A stretch of 64,000 nucleotides of DNA from Escherichia coli (GTDB lineage: Bacteria > Pseudomonadota > Gammaproteobacteria > Enterobacterales > Enterobacteriaceae), in assembly GCF_022846255.1 (NCBI RefSeq), contig NZ_AP025682.1. One strand, written 5' to 3'. Positions 19,730-29,092 of this stretch are shown here, in pieces. The position numbers were made by a program, and so were the translations under genes. Every line of letters begins with the position of its first letter. Within the stretch, counting starts at the first letter, position 1. The notes beneath the pieces were generated by a model. It ran no database searches and was not told the DNA's origin. It saw only the letters and a list, made by a program, of their open reading frames with translations.

Positions 19730-21666
19730 AACCCACTTTATATACTGCTACTGGTGAGTGCGTTACGCCTGGCCGTGAACTGGGCAAAGGCGGTGAAGGT
19801 GCGGTTTATGATATCGAGGAGTTTGCCGATAGCGTCGCCAAGATTTATCACACGCCGCCACCCGCCTTAAAACAGGACAAACTTGCCTTTATGGCTGCGA
19901 CAGCTGACGCGCAGTTGTTGAATTATGTCGCCTGGCCGCAGGCAACGCTTCACGGTGGACGAGGCGGAAAAGTTATCGGTTTTATGATGCCAAAAGTTTC
20001 TGGTAAAGAACCGATTCATATGATCTATAGCCCGGCACATCGTCGCCAGAGTTACCCTCATTGTGCGTGGGATTTTCTACTCTATGTTGCGCGCAATATT
20101 GCTTCATCTTTTGCTACTGTTCATGAGCACGGGCACGTCGTGGGTGACGTAAACCAGAACAGCTTTATGGTAGGTCGCGACAGCAAAGTGGTGTTGATTG
20201 ATAGCGACTCCTTTCAGATTAATGCCAATGGTACACTGCATTTATGCGAAGTCGGCGTGTCGCATTTTACGCCGCCAGAGCTGCAAACCATGCCATCATT
20301 TGTCGGCTTTGAACGCACAGAAAATCACGATAATTTTGGCCTTGCGTTGCTGATATTTCACATCTTGTTTGGTGGGCGGCATCCTTATTCCGGTGTACCG
20401 CTTATCTCTGATGCGGGTAATGCGCTGGAGACGGATATTGCCCATTTCCGTTATGCCTACGCGTCAGATAATCAGCGACGTGGTTTAAAACCGCCGCCAC
20501 GATCGATTCCGCTGTCGATGTTACCGGGCGATGTTGAAGCCATGTTTCAGCAGGCATTCACGGAAAGTGGCGTGGCAACCGGGCGTCCGACGGCAAAAGC
20601 GTGGGTAGCGGCACTTGATTTACTACGCCAACAGTTAAAGAAATGTACCGTTTCGGCAATGCATGTTTACCCCGCTCATTTGACTGACTGCCCGTGGTGT
20701 GCGCTGGATAATCAAGGCGTTATCTATTTTATTGATCTCGGCGAAGAGGTCATTACCACCGGCGGTGATTTTGTGCTGGCGAGAGTCTGGGCGATGGTGA
20801 TGGCGTCAGTAGCACCGCCAGCATTGCAATTACCATTACCCGATCATTTCCAACCGACTGGCAGGCCGCTTCCTTTAGGCCTGTTAAGGCGTGAATACAT
20901 CATTCTGATTGAGATCGCACTGTCAGCGTTATCGCTGCTGCTTTGCGGCCTTCAGACAGAACCACGTTATATTATTTTGGTTCCTGTGCTGTCGGCTATC
21001 TGGATTATTGGCAGCCTGACAAGCAAAGCGTACAAAGCAGAAATCCAGCAACGCCGTGAGGCGTTTAATCGTGCGAAAATGGACTATGACCATTTAGTCA
21101 GCCAGATCCAACAGTTGGGCGGGCTGGAAGGTTTTATCGCCAAACGGACGATGCTCGAAAAAATGAAGGACGAAATTCTTGGGTTACCGGAAGAAGAAAA
21201 GCGCGATCTGGCAGCACTTCAGGACACCGCAAGGGAACGGCAGAAGCAGAAGTTTCTGGAGGGATTTTTTATTGATGTTGCCTCTATTCCCGGCGTTGGC
21301 CCTGCGCGTAAAGCGGCGTTACGGTCCTTTGGTATTGAAACAGCAGCGGATGTTACCCGACGGAGCGTTAAGCAAGTGAAAGGTTTTGGTGATCATCTGA
21401 CCCAGGCGGTTATCGACTGGAAAGCGAGCTGTGAACGCCGTTTTTTGTTCAGGCCGAACGAAGCGGTAACGCCTGCAGACAGACAAGCGGTAATGGCAAA
21501 AATGGCCGCCAAACGACATCGGCTGGAATCGGCGCTGACTGTCGGTGCGACAGAGTTGCAGCGATTCCGCCTTCATGCTCCAGCACGGACCATGCCGTTG
21601 ATGGAACCGCTACGTCAGGCGGCAGAAAAACTGGCTCAGGCGCAGGCTGATTTAAGCCGTTGCTGA
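19726..21666 (+). CDS. yegI: eukaryotic-like Ser/Thr protein kinase YegI with C-terminal transmembrane, coiled-coil and helix-hairpin-helix regions
   Basis: ATG at 19726 overlaps the yegK stop (ATGA). Gly-rich loop LGKGGEGAVY, a VAIK-like lysine (VAKIY) and a catalytic-loop-like VGDVNQNS; predicted TM helices (IILIEIALSALSLLLCGL, ILVPVLSAIWIIGSL) and an HhH-like IPGVGPARKAALRSFGI. Confidence 0.88.
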   Translation: MKPTLYTATGECVTPGRELGKGGEGAVYDIEEFADSVAKIYHTPPPALKQDKLAFMAATADAQLLNYVAWPQATLHGGRGGKVIGFMMPKVSGKEPIHMIYSPAHRRQSYPHCAWDFLLYVARNIASSFATVHEHGHVVGDVNQNSFMVGRDSKVVLIDSDSFQINANGTLHLCEVGVSHFTPPELQTMPSFVGFERTENHDNFGLALLIFHILFGGRHPYSGVPLISDAGNALETDIAHFRYAYASDNQRRGLKPPPRSIPLSMLPGDVEAMFQQAFTESGVATGRPTAKAWVAALDLLRQQLKKCTVSAMHVYPAHLTDCPWCALDNQGVIYFIDLGEEVITTGGDFVLARVWAMVMASVAPPALQLPLPDHFQPTGRPLPLGLLRREYIILIEIALSALSLLLCGLQTEPRYIILVPVLSAIWIIGSLTSKAYKAEIQQRREAFNRAKMDYDHLVSQIQQLGGLEGFIAKRTMLEKMKDEILGLPEEEKRDLAALQDTARERQKQKFLEGFFIDVASIPGVGPARKAALRSFGIETAADVTRRSVKQVKGFGDHLTQAVIDWKASCERRFLFRPNEAVTPADRQAVMAKMAAKRHRLESALTVGATELQRFRLHAPARTMPLMEPLRQAAEKLAQAQADLSRC

Positions 21667-21678
21667 GCCAGTTTTCAA

Positions 21679-23031
21679 TTAACGAAACACCACTTCCGCC
21701 CAGCGTGCCAGCCCGGCGGTGACGGAGCCAAAGTCATCGCCACCTGCAATCGGAATGCCCGGCAACTGTTCTGTCAGCGCTTTTTTAATCAGCGGTGAAC
21801 GGGCGCTACCGCCGGTCAGATAGATAACATCCGGTTTTTCCTGGGCGTTATCCAGCGCCAGTTGCACCTGTTCCAGAATCCGCGCCAGTGGCTGGTTGAG
21901 GGCGCTTTCCAGCCCTTGCTGGCTAATCAGCGTAGCCAGTTCATCGCTGATAAACGGCAGTGAGGCGCGGGTTTCCGCTACGCTTGAAAGCGCAATTTTG
22001 CTCTCTTCTGCGCTACGTACCAGGCGATAGCTTAAACGCTGACGCCAGACTTTCTGTAACAGGGCCACTTTTTCCGGTTCGCGGGCATCGCGTACCAGAT
22101 CGTTAAGCAGACGACCGTTGGCACTACTGTAGAAATCACTTTGCGCAGGTACGTCGTTGATGGCAACCGCATTCCACCACGGCAGAATCGGCAGGGCGAT
22201 GCCTTTTTCGGTTTCGCCACCCATGCCCAGTAACGGCATCAGGTTCTTAAACGCCAGTGCGATATCCAGATCGTTACCACCAATACGGCAACCACTGTGA
22301 CCCAGCAGGCTGGCTTCACGATCGAGACGCGAACGCCACTGCGGCCCCATCAGCAGCAATGAACAGTCAGTCGTACCACCGCCGATATCCACCACCAGCA
22401 CCCGTTTTTCTTCCTGCAAGGTGGCTTCGTAATCCAGCCCAGCCGCCACCGGCTCGTACTGGAATACCACGTCCTTAAACCCGGCACGCTTCGCTGCGCG
22501 CTCCAGAATCCCTTGTGCCTGGGCGTTTGCTTCATCGCCGCCCAGCCCCTGGAAGTTGATCGGGCGACCAATCACCGCCTGGGTAATTGCCTCCGGCAAT
22601 TGCGCCTGCGCCTGCTGGCGAATGTGCAACATCATTGCGCAGACCAGATCCTCAAACAGCGCTACCTGCTGCGGTTTTAAGCCGCTGGCACCGAGGAACG
22701 ATTTTGGTGATTTCACAAACCACACTTCTTCTGGATCATCAATGTACTGTGCCAGTGAGGAAAGACCGAACTGCACGCTTTTCGCCGTAACATCGATATC
22801 TTCTTCGCGGTTATAACGAATCGCCCGACGCAGCAGCGCCTGCGTTTCATCGTCGTCTGCCGGAACATCATGATAGCGGTACAGCCATTCGCTTACCGCT
22901 TCACGCGTTGGCGCGCAAAGCATTGAAGGCAGCAGCGTGCTGTCGTTTTCCATTTTCAGTAATTGCGGCTTACCGTCGCGCATGACCGCCACTGAACAGT
23001 TTGCTGTACCGTAATCAAAACCAATAAACAC
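21679..23031 (-). CDS. yegD: Hsp70/actin-fold ATPase family protein YegD
   Basis: 450 aa from GTG at 23031 (MFIGFDYGTANCSVAVM...), DnaK-like phosphate-binding motifs; convergent with yegI. The supplied ORF adds 21 N-terminal residues that I reject. Confidence 0.88.
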   Translation of the reverse strand: MFIGFDYGTANCSVAVMRDGKPQLLKMENDSTLLPSMLCAPTREAVSEWLYRYHDVPADDDETQALLRRAIRYNREEDIDVTAKSVQFGLSSLAQYIDDPEEVWFVKSPKSFLGASGLKPQQVALFEDLVCAMMLHIRQQAQAQLPEAITQAVIGRPINFQGLGGDEANAQAQGILERAAKRAGFKDVVFQYEPVAAGLDYEATLQEEKRVLVVDIGGGTTDCSLLLMGPQWRSRLDREASLLGHSGCRIGGNDLDIALAFKNLMPLLGMGGETEKGIALPILPWWNAVAINDVPAQSDFYSSANGRLLNDLVRDAREPEKVALLQKVWRQRLSYRLVRSAEESKIALSSVAETRASLPFISDELATLISQQGLESALNQPLARILEQVQLALDNAQEKPDVIYLTGGSARSPLIKKALTEQLPGIPIAGGDDFGSVTAGLARWAEVVFR

Positions 23032-23104
23032 GAAATAATCCCCATGCCGGTGAAGAAGGGGCGAGACTTTAGCGAAATGTTGCCGTCGCGACAACCGGAA
23101 TATG

Positions 23105-23117
23105 AAAGCAAAGCGTA
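23105..23117 (+). promoter_or_regulatory. putative Ada box in the alkA promoter (AAAGCAAAGCGTA)
   Basis: Resembles the Ada recognition sequence (AAAGCGCA-type) about 50 bp upstream of the alkA start; alkA is a known Ada regulon member. Confidence 0.35.
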
Positions 23118-23164
23118 GCGTCTGAATAACGTTTATGCTGAAAGCGGATTAAAAAGGAGATGCG

Positions 23165-24013
23165 ATGTATACCCTGAACTGGCAGCCGCCATATGACTGG
23201 TCGTGGATGTTGGGATTTCTCGCCGCCCGTGCGGTGAGCGGTGTGGAAACGGTTGCGGACGATTATTATGCCCGTAGTCTGGCGATGGGCGAATATCGCG
23301 GCGTGGTGACTGCTATTCCGGATATAGCCAGCCATACTCTGCACATAAATTTAAGTGCAGGTTTAGAACCTGTTGCCGCTGAGTGTCTGGCGAAAATGAG
23401 CCGCCTGTTTGATTTGCAATGTAACCCGCAGATTGTTAACGGTGCGTTGGGCAAGTTAGGCGCGGCGCGGCCCGGATTGCGTTTACCCGGCAGTGTTGAT
23501 GCTTTTGAGCAGGGCGTGCGGGCGATTTTAGGCCAACTGGTGAGCGTGGCGATGGCGGCAAAATTGACCGCCAGAGTGGCACAGCTTTATGGCGAAAGGC
23601 TGGATGATTTTCCGGATTATGTCTGCTTCCCCACGCCTCAGCGGCTGGCAGCAGCAGATCCGCAGGCATTAAAAGCGTTAGGTATGCCGTTGAAACGGGC
23701 AGAGGCGCTGATTCATCTGGCAAATGCGGCGCTGGAGGGCACCTTACCAATGACAATACCGGGCGATGTGGAGCAGGCGATGAAAACGCTGCAAACTTTT
23801 CCGGGTATCGGGCGCTGGACGGCGAATTATTTCGCCTTGCGCGGCTGGCAGGCGAAAGATGTTTTCCTGCCGGATGATTATCTGATTAAACAGCGATTTC
23901 CGGGAATGACACCGGCACAAATCCGCCGTTATGCCGAACGCTGGAAGCCCTTGCGTTCTTATGCGCTGTTGCATATCTGGTATACGGAAGGCTGGCAACC
24001 AGACGAAGCATGA
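23165..24013 (+). CDS. alkA: 3-methyladenine DNA glycosylase II
   Basis: 282 aa, MYTLNWQPPYDWSWMLGFLAARAV...; HhH-GPD glycosylase; matches AlkA. Confidence 0.95.
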   Translation: MYTLNWQPPYDWSWMLGFLAARAVSGVETVADDYYARSLAMGEYRGVVTAIPDIASHTLHINLSAGLEPVAAECLAKMSRLFDLQCNPQIVNGALGKLGAARPGLRLPGSVDAFEQGVRAILGQLVSVAMAAKLTARVAQLYGERLDDFPDYVCFPTPQRLAAADPQALKALGMPLKRAEALIHLANAALEGTLPMTIPGDVEQAMKTLQTFPGIGRWTANYFALRGWQAKDVFLPDDYLIKQRFPGMTPAQIRRYAERWKPLRSYALLHIWYTEGWQPDEA

Positions 24014-24021
24014 CGTTGGTC

Positions 24022-24105
24022 GCCGGATGCGGTGCGAGCGCCTTATCCGGCCTGGGGAATGAGCGATTTGTAGGCATGATAAGACGCGTTAGCGTCGCAT
24101 CAGGC
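24022..24105. repeat. BIME: two REP palindromes in opposite orientation
   Basis: gccggatgcggtgcgagcgccttatccggc and gtaggcatgataagacgcgttagcgtcgcatcaggc between the convergent alkA and dgcE. Confidence 0.6.
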
Positions 24106-24121
24106 AATGGGCAACGCTCCC

Positions 24122-27100
24122 TCAGTTAATCGCGAAATAACTGCTATTCACCAGCAAATCCAGTGGTTGGGCATCGGCAATCATATCGCCATAAATCAGA
24201 TCGACGCCGATGCCAGAAAGCGTATCCATCACCAGGGGTAAAACTACTGGCCCGGCGATGGTCTTCATCCCGAGCCGCTGAGCGTGCCCCTGAATGATCG
24301 TAATCAGCATCTCATCCATCAAATTTCCCTGCACATTGGCGCATAACTCACCATCAAGTAGCAGGTAATCTGCCATATTCGCTTTCAGCGAGTTGAAGAT
24401 TTGCAGATCGCGGCCCACCTGACTGAATACGATCCGACATCCCGCCAGCCGCAGTTTTTGCACGCTTTCTGCGTGATCTAAAATCGCGTCTGCCGGAATA
24501 ATCAGATGTAATAACCGTGGGGGTAGAGGGCTATTTTCCAGCTGCTCAATTAGTTCATTCACCAGCGTGGCGCTACTCAAACCGGCAACGGAAAGGGGGA
24601 GGGCGATACTTAAGCCTTTACTGGCAATCGCTTTTGCGGCCTGCTGGAAAAAATCGTGGAATACCCGTCGGTCAAGAGCATGGCTAAGTGCCGGATCGCT
24701 GAAGCTACGACGAAATGTTTGTTCATCAATAATCTCGCCTTCGCAACTCCAGAGCTTAAGTGAAATCAGCCACAAATTACGTGCTTCCGGGATCCGCGGC
24801 GAAGCGACACCGTGGGCGATCATCATCAACTGATTTTCTTTAATCATCCGCCACTGTTCATCAAGCGATATCGCCGCCCGTTCGCTATGTGTGGCAGCTT
24901 GCTGCGGTTCGTAAATCGTCACCCGGCCCCGTCCACCATTTTTGGAGGCATAACAGGCGATATCAGCCTGCGACATCACTTCAGCTGCCTGATGATTGTT
25001 GTCATCAATCAAGGTAATCCCGGCACTGGCACCTACCCGATGTACTCGTCCTTCCCAGATAAAGTGATAGTCATTAACGGCGCTGATAATGCGTGTAGCG
25101 ATAAAACGCGCACTTTCGACATTACAGTCTGGCAGCAGCAGACCAAATTCATCGCCACCGAGTCGCGCCAGCACGTCGCTGGAGCGCAGCATACTCAGCA
25201 TCAATGACGCCAGTTCGCGCAACAAAGCGTCGCCAGCGGCGTGCCCGGCGCTGTCATTCACCGCTTTAAAGCGATCAAGATCGATAAACACCAGTGCATG
25301 TCGCTGATGTGTACTGTTTACCGTTTGCAGCAGGATGCGTAGTTGCTTCTCAAAACTGGCGCGATTGGCGAGATGCGTCAGTGCATCATGGGAGGCGCTG
25401 TAGCTCAGCTGGCGCAGCATTTTACGTGATTCGGTGACGTCCTGAATCACCAGAACCGAGCCTATATTGCTGCCGTCCAGAGTACTTAACGGCGTAATAC
25501 TGTAATGCACGTCGTAGCTGCCGCCGCTTCGGCAGTGCAACACCACATCTTGTTCAATCGCGGAACGTGAGGTGTCGGCACTGTAAATGTTCTCCATTAA
25601 TGGTCCGTTGTCGCCAAAAGTAATATGCAACACCGTCAGGAGCGGAACACCTAACGCTTCTTCCTGCGTCCAGCCGCTCATCTTCTCCGCCACCGGATTC
25701 ATAAAGGTAATTTTCATTGCCATATCAATACAGACCACGGCTTCGCCGATGGAATCAAGCGTAATGTGCAGGCGCTCTTTTTCCTGAAACAATGCCTCGT
25801 TAAGCTGTTTCACTTCGGTCATATCCATATTAATGCCGAGCAGGCGTTCGACTTCGCCTTCTTTATTCAGTACCCGGTTGGCGAGGGCGCGGATATGGCG
25901 AATGCCGTCTTTCACGGTAATGCGAAATTCCAGTTTAAAGGGAGAGCGTGATTGCAATGAATCGCGAATCACTTTTTCGGCGTGCTGGCGATCTTCCGGC
26001 AGTACGCACTCGTACCACACCTGCCAGTTCGGTTTGATATGCGGAGGAATTTCATACAGCTCGAACATCCGCTTATCCCAGCTAAAAATATTCGGCTTTA
26101 GCTCCCACTCCCAGATGCCAATCCCGCCCGCTTCGTTAGCCAGCGTGATGCGCTCCATCAGTTGCTGGTTCACCTGTTCGGTGCGTTTTAGCTCGTTAAT
26201 GTCTTCAATCTGAGCGATAAAATAGAGCGGCGTACCATCGGTGTGGCGCACCAGTGAGACGGCAAGCAACGCCCAGACAACATCGCCATTGCGGTTGTAG
26301 TAGCGTTTTTCCATTGAATAGGTGTTTATTTCACCGCTGATCAGCTTTTCAACCTGTTGCAGATCTTTATTGAGATCCTCCGGCCAGGTCAGTTGCTGAA
26401 AGGTGAGTCCGCGCAGCTCTTCCTGACTGTAACCGAGAAACTGGCAGAGTGCTTTGTTGGATTGCAGCCATTGTCCCTCGGTGCCCACTAATGCCATGCC
26501 GATGGCGGAATATTCCATGGCATTACGAAAACGGGTTTCGCTTTCGGAAATGTGTTTGCGTTCCGCACGAAAGGCATACATCACCATGGTCATGATGTTG
26601 GCGGGCAGCAGGATCAGCAAAAACGGTAGCCACGGCATATGGCTCATCAGGTATGTACGCGGCGTAGCAAGCAGGGAGGGATCCGCGGCCATCATCAGTG
26701 ACACCATCATCACCGTGGTAAGGAAGATCAAAAAGGCTTCCATTCGTGGCAGGCGCACGGCGCTCCACATCAACAGCACAATAATGAAAGTAAAAGGCCA
26801 CGGCAGATACAGCATCGAAAGCCAGCTTAACGTCAGTGTGATGGCTAACGTGAGCAGCGACTCAAAAAGCAACCGTGGGTTGCGATGGCGCAGCAGATAG
26901 TGTGGTTTAAATAACAATCCCAGCGGCACCAGTGCCAGTGCGCCGATGGATTCTGACAGTACCCATATCAAAAATGCCCTGAGAGGATCGTCTCCGGGCG
27001 TCAGCAGGACAACCAGAACACCCCCCAACAGAGGCGGAATAATGGCGCTGCCGAGTGCCAGACGCAGCCAGTCAGCCAGATTTTGCAAGGGGTTATACCA

Positions 27101-27439
27101 CGGCAGCAATTTACGTAGCAGCACTGCCCCGACCACGGCTTCAACAATATTGATGGTCGTCCAGGTCATGTTCAGCGAGCTGGTGGAAAAAAGCAGGATG
27201 GATGCGGCGATATTTCCCAGCGAGCAGCTCAGCGCAATTCCCGGCCACATGCGCCCGGCATGGCGATAAAACGCCACCATCATGATGGACGTCGGGAACC
27301 ACAGTGGGGCGAGTTGGGTGCCAAACTGCGAAAGCTCAAGTGAGAAAAGGGTGAAGATAAACGAGACTAAACCTAAACTGACCAGGTGAAGCAGCGGGTG
27401 GGGCAGGGCAATTAATACATGCTGTGATTGTTTGCTCAT
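24122..27439 (-). CDS. dgcE: membrane-anchored diguanylate cyclase DgcE (YegE): MASE1 - PAS - GGDEF - degenerate EAL
   Basis: 1105 aa; N-terminal multi-TM region, PAS segments, GGDEF motif (RLGGDEFGLLL), C-terminal EAL-like domain. Confidence 0.92.
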   Translation of the reverse strand: MSKQSQHVLIALPHPLLHLVSLGLVSFIFTLFSLELSQFGTQLAPLWFPTSIMMVAFYRHAGRMWPGIALSCSLGNIAASILLFSTSSLNMTWTTINIVEAVVGAVLLRKLLPWYNPLQNLADWLRLALGSAIIPPLLGGVLVVLLTPGDDPLRAFLIWVLSESIGALALVPLGLLFKPHYLLRHRNPRLLFESLLTLAITLTLSWLSMLYLPWPFTFIIVLLMWSAVRLPRMEAFLIFLTTVMMVSLMMAADPSLLATPRTYLMSHMPWLPFLLILLPANIMTMVMYAFRAERKHISESETRFRNAMEYSAIGMALVGTEGQWLQSNKALCQFLGYSQEELRGLTFQQLTWPEDLNKDLQQVEKLISGEINTYSMEKRYYNRNGDVVWALLAVSLVRHTDGTPLYFIAQIEDINELKRTEQVNQQLMERITLANEAGGIGIWEWELKPNIFSWDKRMFELYEIPPHIKPNWQVWYECVLPEDRQHAEKVIRDSLQSRSPFKLEFRITVKDGIRHIRALANRVLNKEGEVERLLGINMDMTEVKQLNEALFQEKERLHITLDSIGEAVVCIDMAMKITFMNPVAEKMSGWTQEEALGVPLLTVLHITFGDNGPLMENIYSADTSRSAIEQDVVLHCRSGGSYDVHYSITPLSTLDGSNIGSVLVIQDVTESRKMLRQLSYSASHDALTHLANRASFEKQLRILLQTVNSTHQRHALVFIDLDRFKAVNDSAGHAAGDALLRELASLMLSMLRSSDVLARLGGDEFGLLLPDCNVESARFIATRIISAVNDYHFIWEGRVHRVGASAGITLIDDNNHQAAEVMSQADIACYASKNGGRGRVTIYEPQQAATHSERAAISLDEQWRMIKENQLMMIAHGVASPRIPEARNLWLISLKLWSCEGEIIDEQTFRRSFSDPALSHALDRRVFHDFFQQAAKAIASKGLSIALPLSVAGLSSATLVNELIEQLENSPLPPRLLHLIIPADAILDHAESVQKLRLAGCRIVFSQVGRDLQIFNSLKANMADYLLLDGELCANVQGNLMDEMLITIIQGHAQRLGMKTIAGPVVLPLVMDTLSGIGVDLIYGDMIADAQPLDLLVNSSYFAIN

Positions 27440-27756
27440 TACCGCTTTATCCGCAAGGCCAGGTCGCCAGTATTCGTTTCTGTGTTTATGCTAGTACAAA
27501 AGTTTTACATTTTATATGCGAATTGCTCATAAAGTGACGTAAAGGCGGATAATTTGCGCAACTGCGTATAACATTTTTTACCTTGTATAAAACTGATCAA
27601 CGTAATTTGCCACCGGGAATTCTTCGTCAACAATTAACTCTGAGCGCGCGGCAACGCTATTCGACTGGTATCAGGCGGATGAAATCCCTATAATTGCCGC
27701 GTTTGGCGCTTCGTCGCCCCCTTCCTAACATCCAGGTTAATCAGGTCGCTAAATAT

Positions 27757-28398
27757 ATGACTGATCAGTCTCATCAGTGCGTCATTATCGGTATCGCTGG
27801 CGCATCGGCTTCCGGCAAGAGTCTTATTGCCAGTACCCTTTATCGTGAATTACGTGAGCAAGTCGGTGATGAACACATCGGCGTAATTCCCGAAGACTGC
27901 TATTACAAAGATCAAAGCCATCTGTCGATGGAAGAACGCGTTAAGACCAACTACGACCATCCCAGCGCGATGGATCACAGCCTGCTGCTTGAGCATTTAC
28001 AAGCGTTGAAACGCGGCTCGGCAATTGACCTGCCGGTTTACAGCTATGTTGAACATACGCGTATGAAAGAAACGGTGACGGTTGAGCCGAAGAAGGTCAT
28101 CATTCTCGAAGGCATTTTGTTGCTGACGGATGCGCGTTTGCGTGACGAACTTAACTTCTCCATTTTCGTTGATACCCCGCTGGATATCTGCCTGATGCGC
28201 CGCATCAAGCGTGACGTTAACGAGCGTGGGCGTTCAATGGATTCAGTGATGGCGCAATATCAAAAAACCGTGCGTCCGATGTTCCTGCAATTCATTGAGC
28301 CTTCTAAACAATATGCGGACATTATCGTGCCGCGCGGCGGGAAAAACCGCATCGCCATCGATATATTGAAAGCGAAAATAAGTCAGTTCTTTGAATAA
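27757..28398 (+). CDS. udk: uridine/cytidine kinase
   Basis: 213 aa from ATG at 27757 ([23 protein letters not shown]-loop). The supplied ORF start at 27694 is an upstream extension. Confidence 0.95.
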
Positions 28399-28489
28399 GC
28401 TTGATAAATTGTGTACCGTTCAGTGATAACCTGGTATGCCCTTGACGTAATTGGCGTTAAGGGAGTGATGCGCGAAAGGAGAAAATGCC

Positions 28490-29071
28490 ATGCGTCTGTG
28501 TGACCGAGATATTGAAGCCTGGCTTGATGAAGGCCGTTTGTCGATCAACCCACGTCCGCCAGTGGAGCGTATTAACGGCGCGACGGTGGATGTGCGCCTG
28601 GGCAATAAATTTCGTACCTTCCGTGGTCACACGGCTGCGTTTATCGATCTGAGCGGTCCCAAAGATGAAGTGAGCGCCGCGCTTGACCGCGTGATGAGCG
28701 ATGAGATCGTACTCGATGAAAGCGAGGCGTTTTATCTTCACCCAGGAGAGCTGGCGCTGGCGGTGACGCTGGAGTCGGTGACGCTGCCAGCCGATCTGGT
28801 GGGATGGCTGGACGGTCGTTCCTCACTGGCGCGTCTGGGGCTTATGGTGCACGTCACCGCGCACCGTATCGATCCGGGCTGGTCTGGCTGTATTGTGCTG
28901 GAGTTCTACAACTCCGGTAAGCTGCCGCTGGCGCTGCGTCCGGGCATGTTAATTGGTGCGCTGAGCTTTGAGCCGCTTTCCGGCCCGGCGGCGCGACCTT
29001 ACAACCGCCGTGAAGATGCGAAATATCGCAACCAGCAGGGCGCGGTAGCCAGTCGAATCGATAAAGACTAA
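28490..29071 (+). CDS. dcd: dCTP deaminase
   Basis: 193 aa, [23 protein letters not shown]...; dUTPase-like fold. Confidence 0.95.
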   Translation: MRLCDRDIEAWLDEGRLSINPRPPVERINGATVDVRLGNKFRTFRGHTAAFIDLSGPKDEVSAALDRVMSDEIVLDESEAFYLHPGELALAVTLESVTLPADLVGWLDGRSSLARLGLMVHVTAHRIDPGWSGCIVLEFYNSGKLPLALRPGMLIGALSFEPLSGPAARPYNRREDAKYRNQQGAVASRIDKD

Positions 29072-29092
29072 TTCAGGCCCATTGAGGATACC

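Noticed and set aside
23032-23094. N-terminal extension of yegD in the supplied ORF (471 aa)
   Set aside because: The Hsp70-like N-terminal motif (FIGFDYGTANC) begins right after the GTG at 23031; the extension lacks an RBS and adds non-conserved residues.
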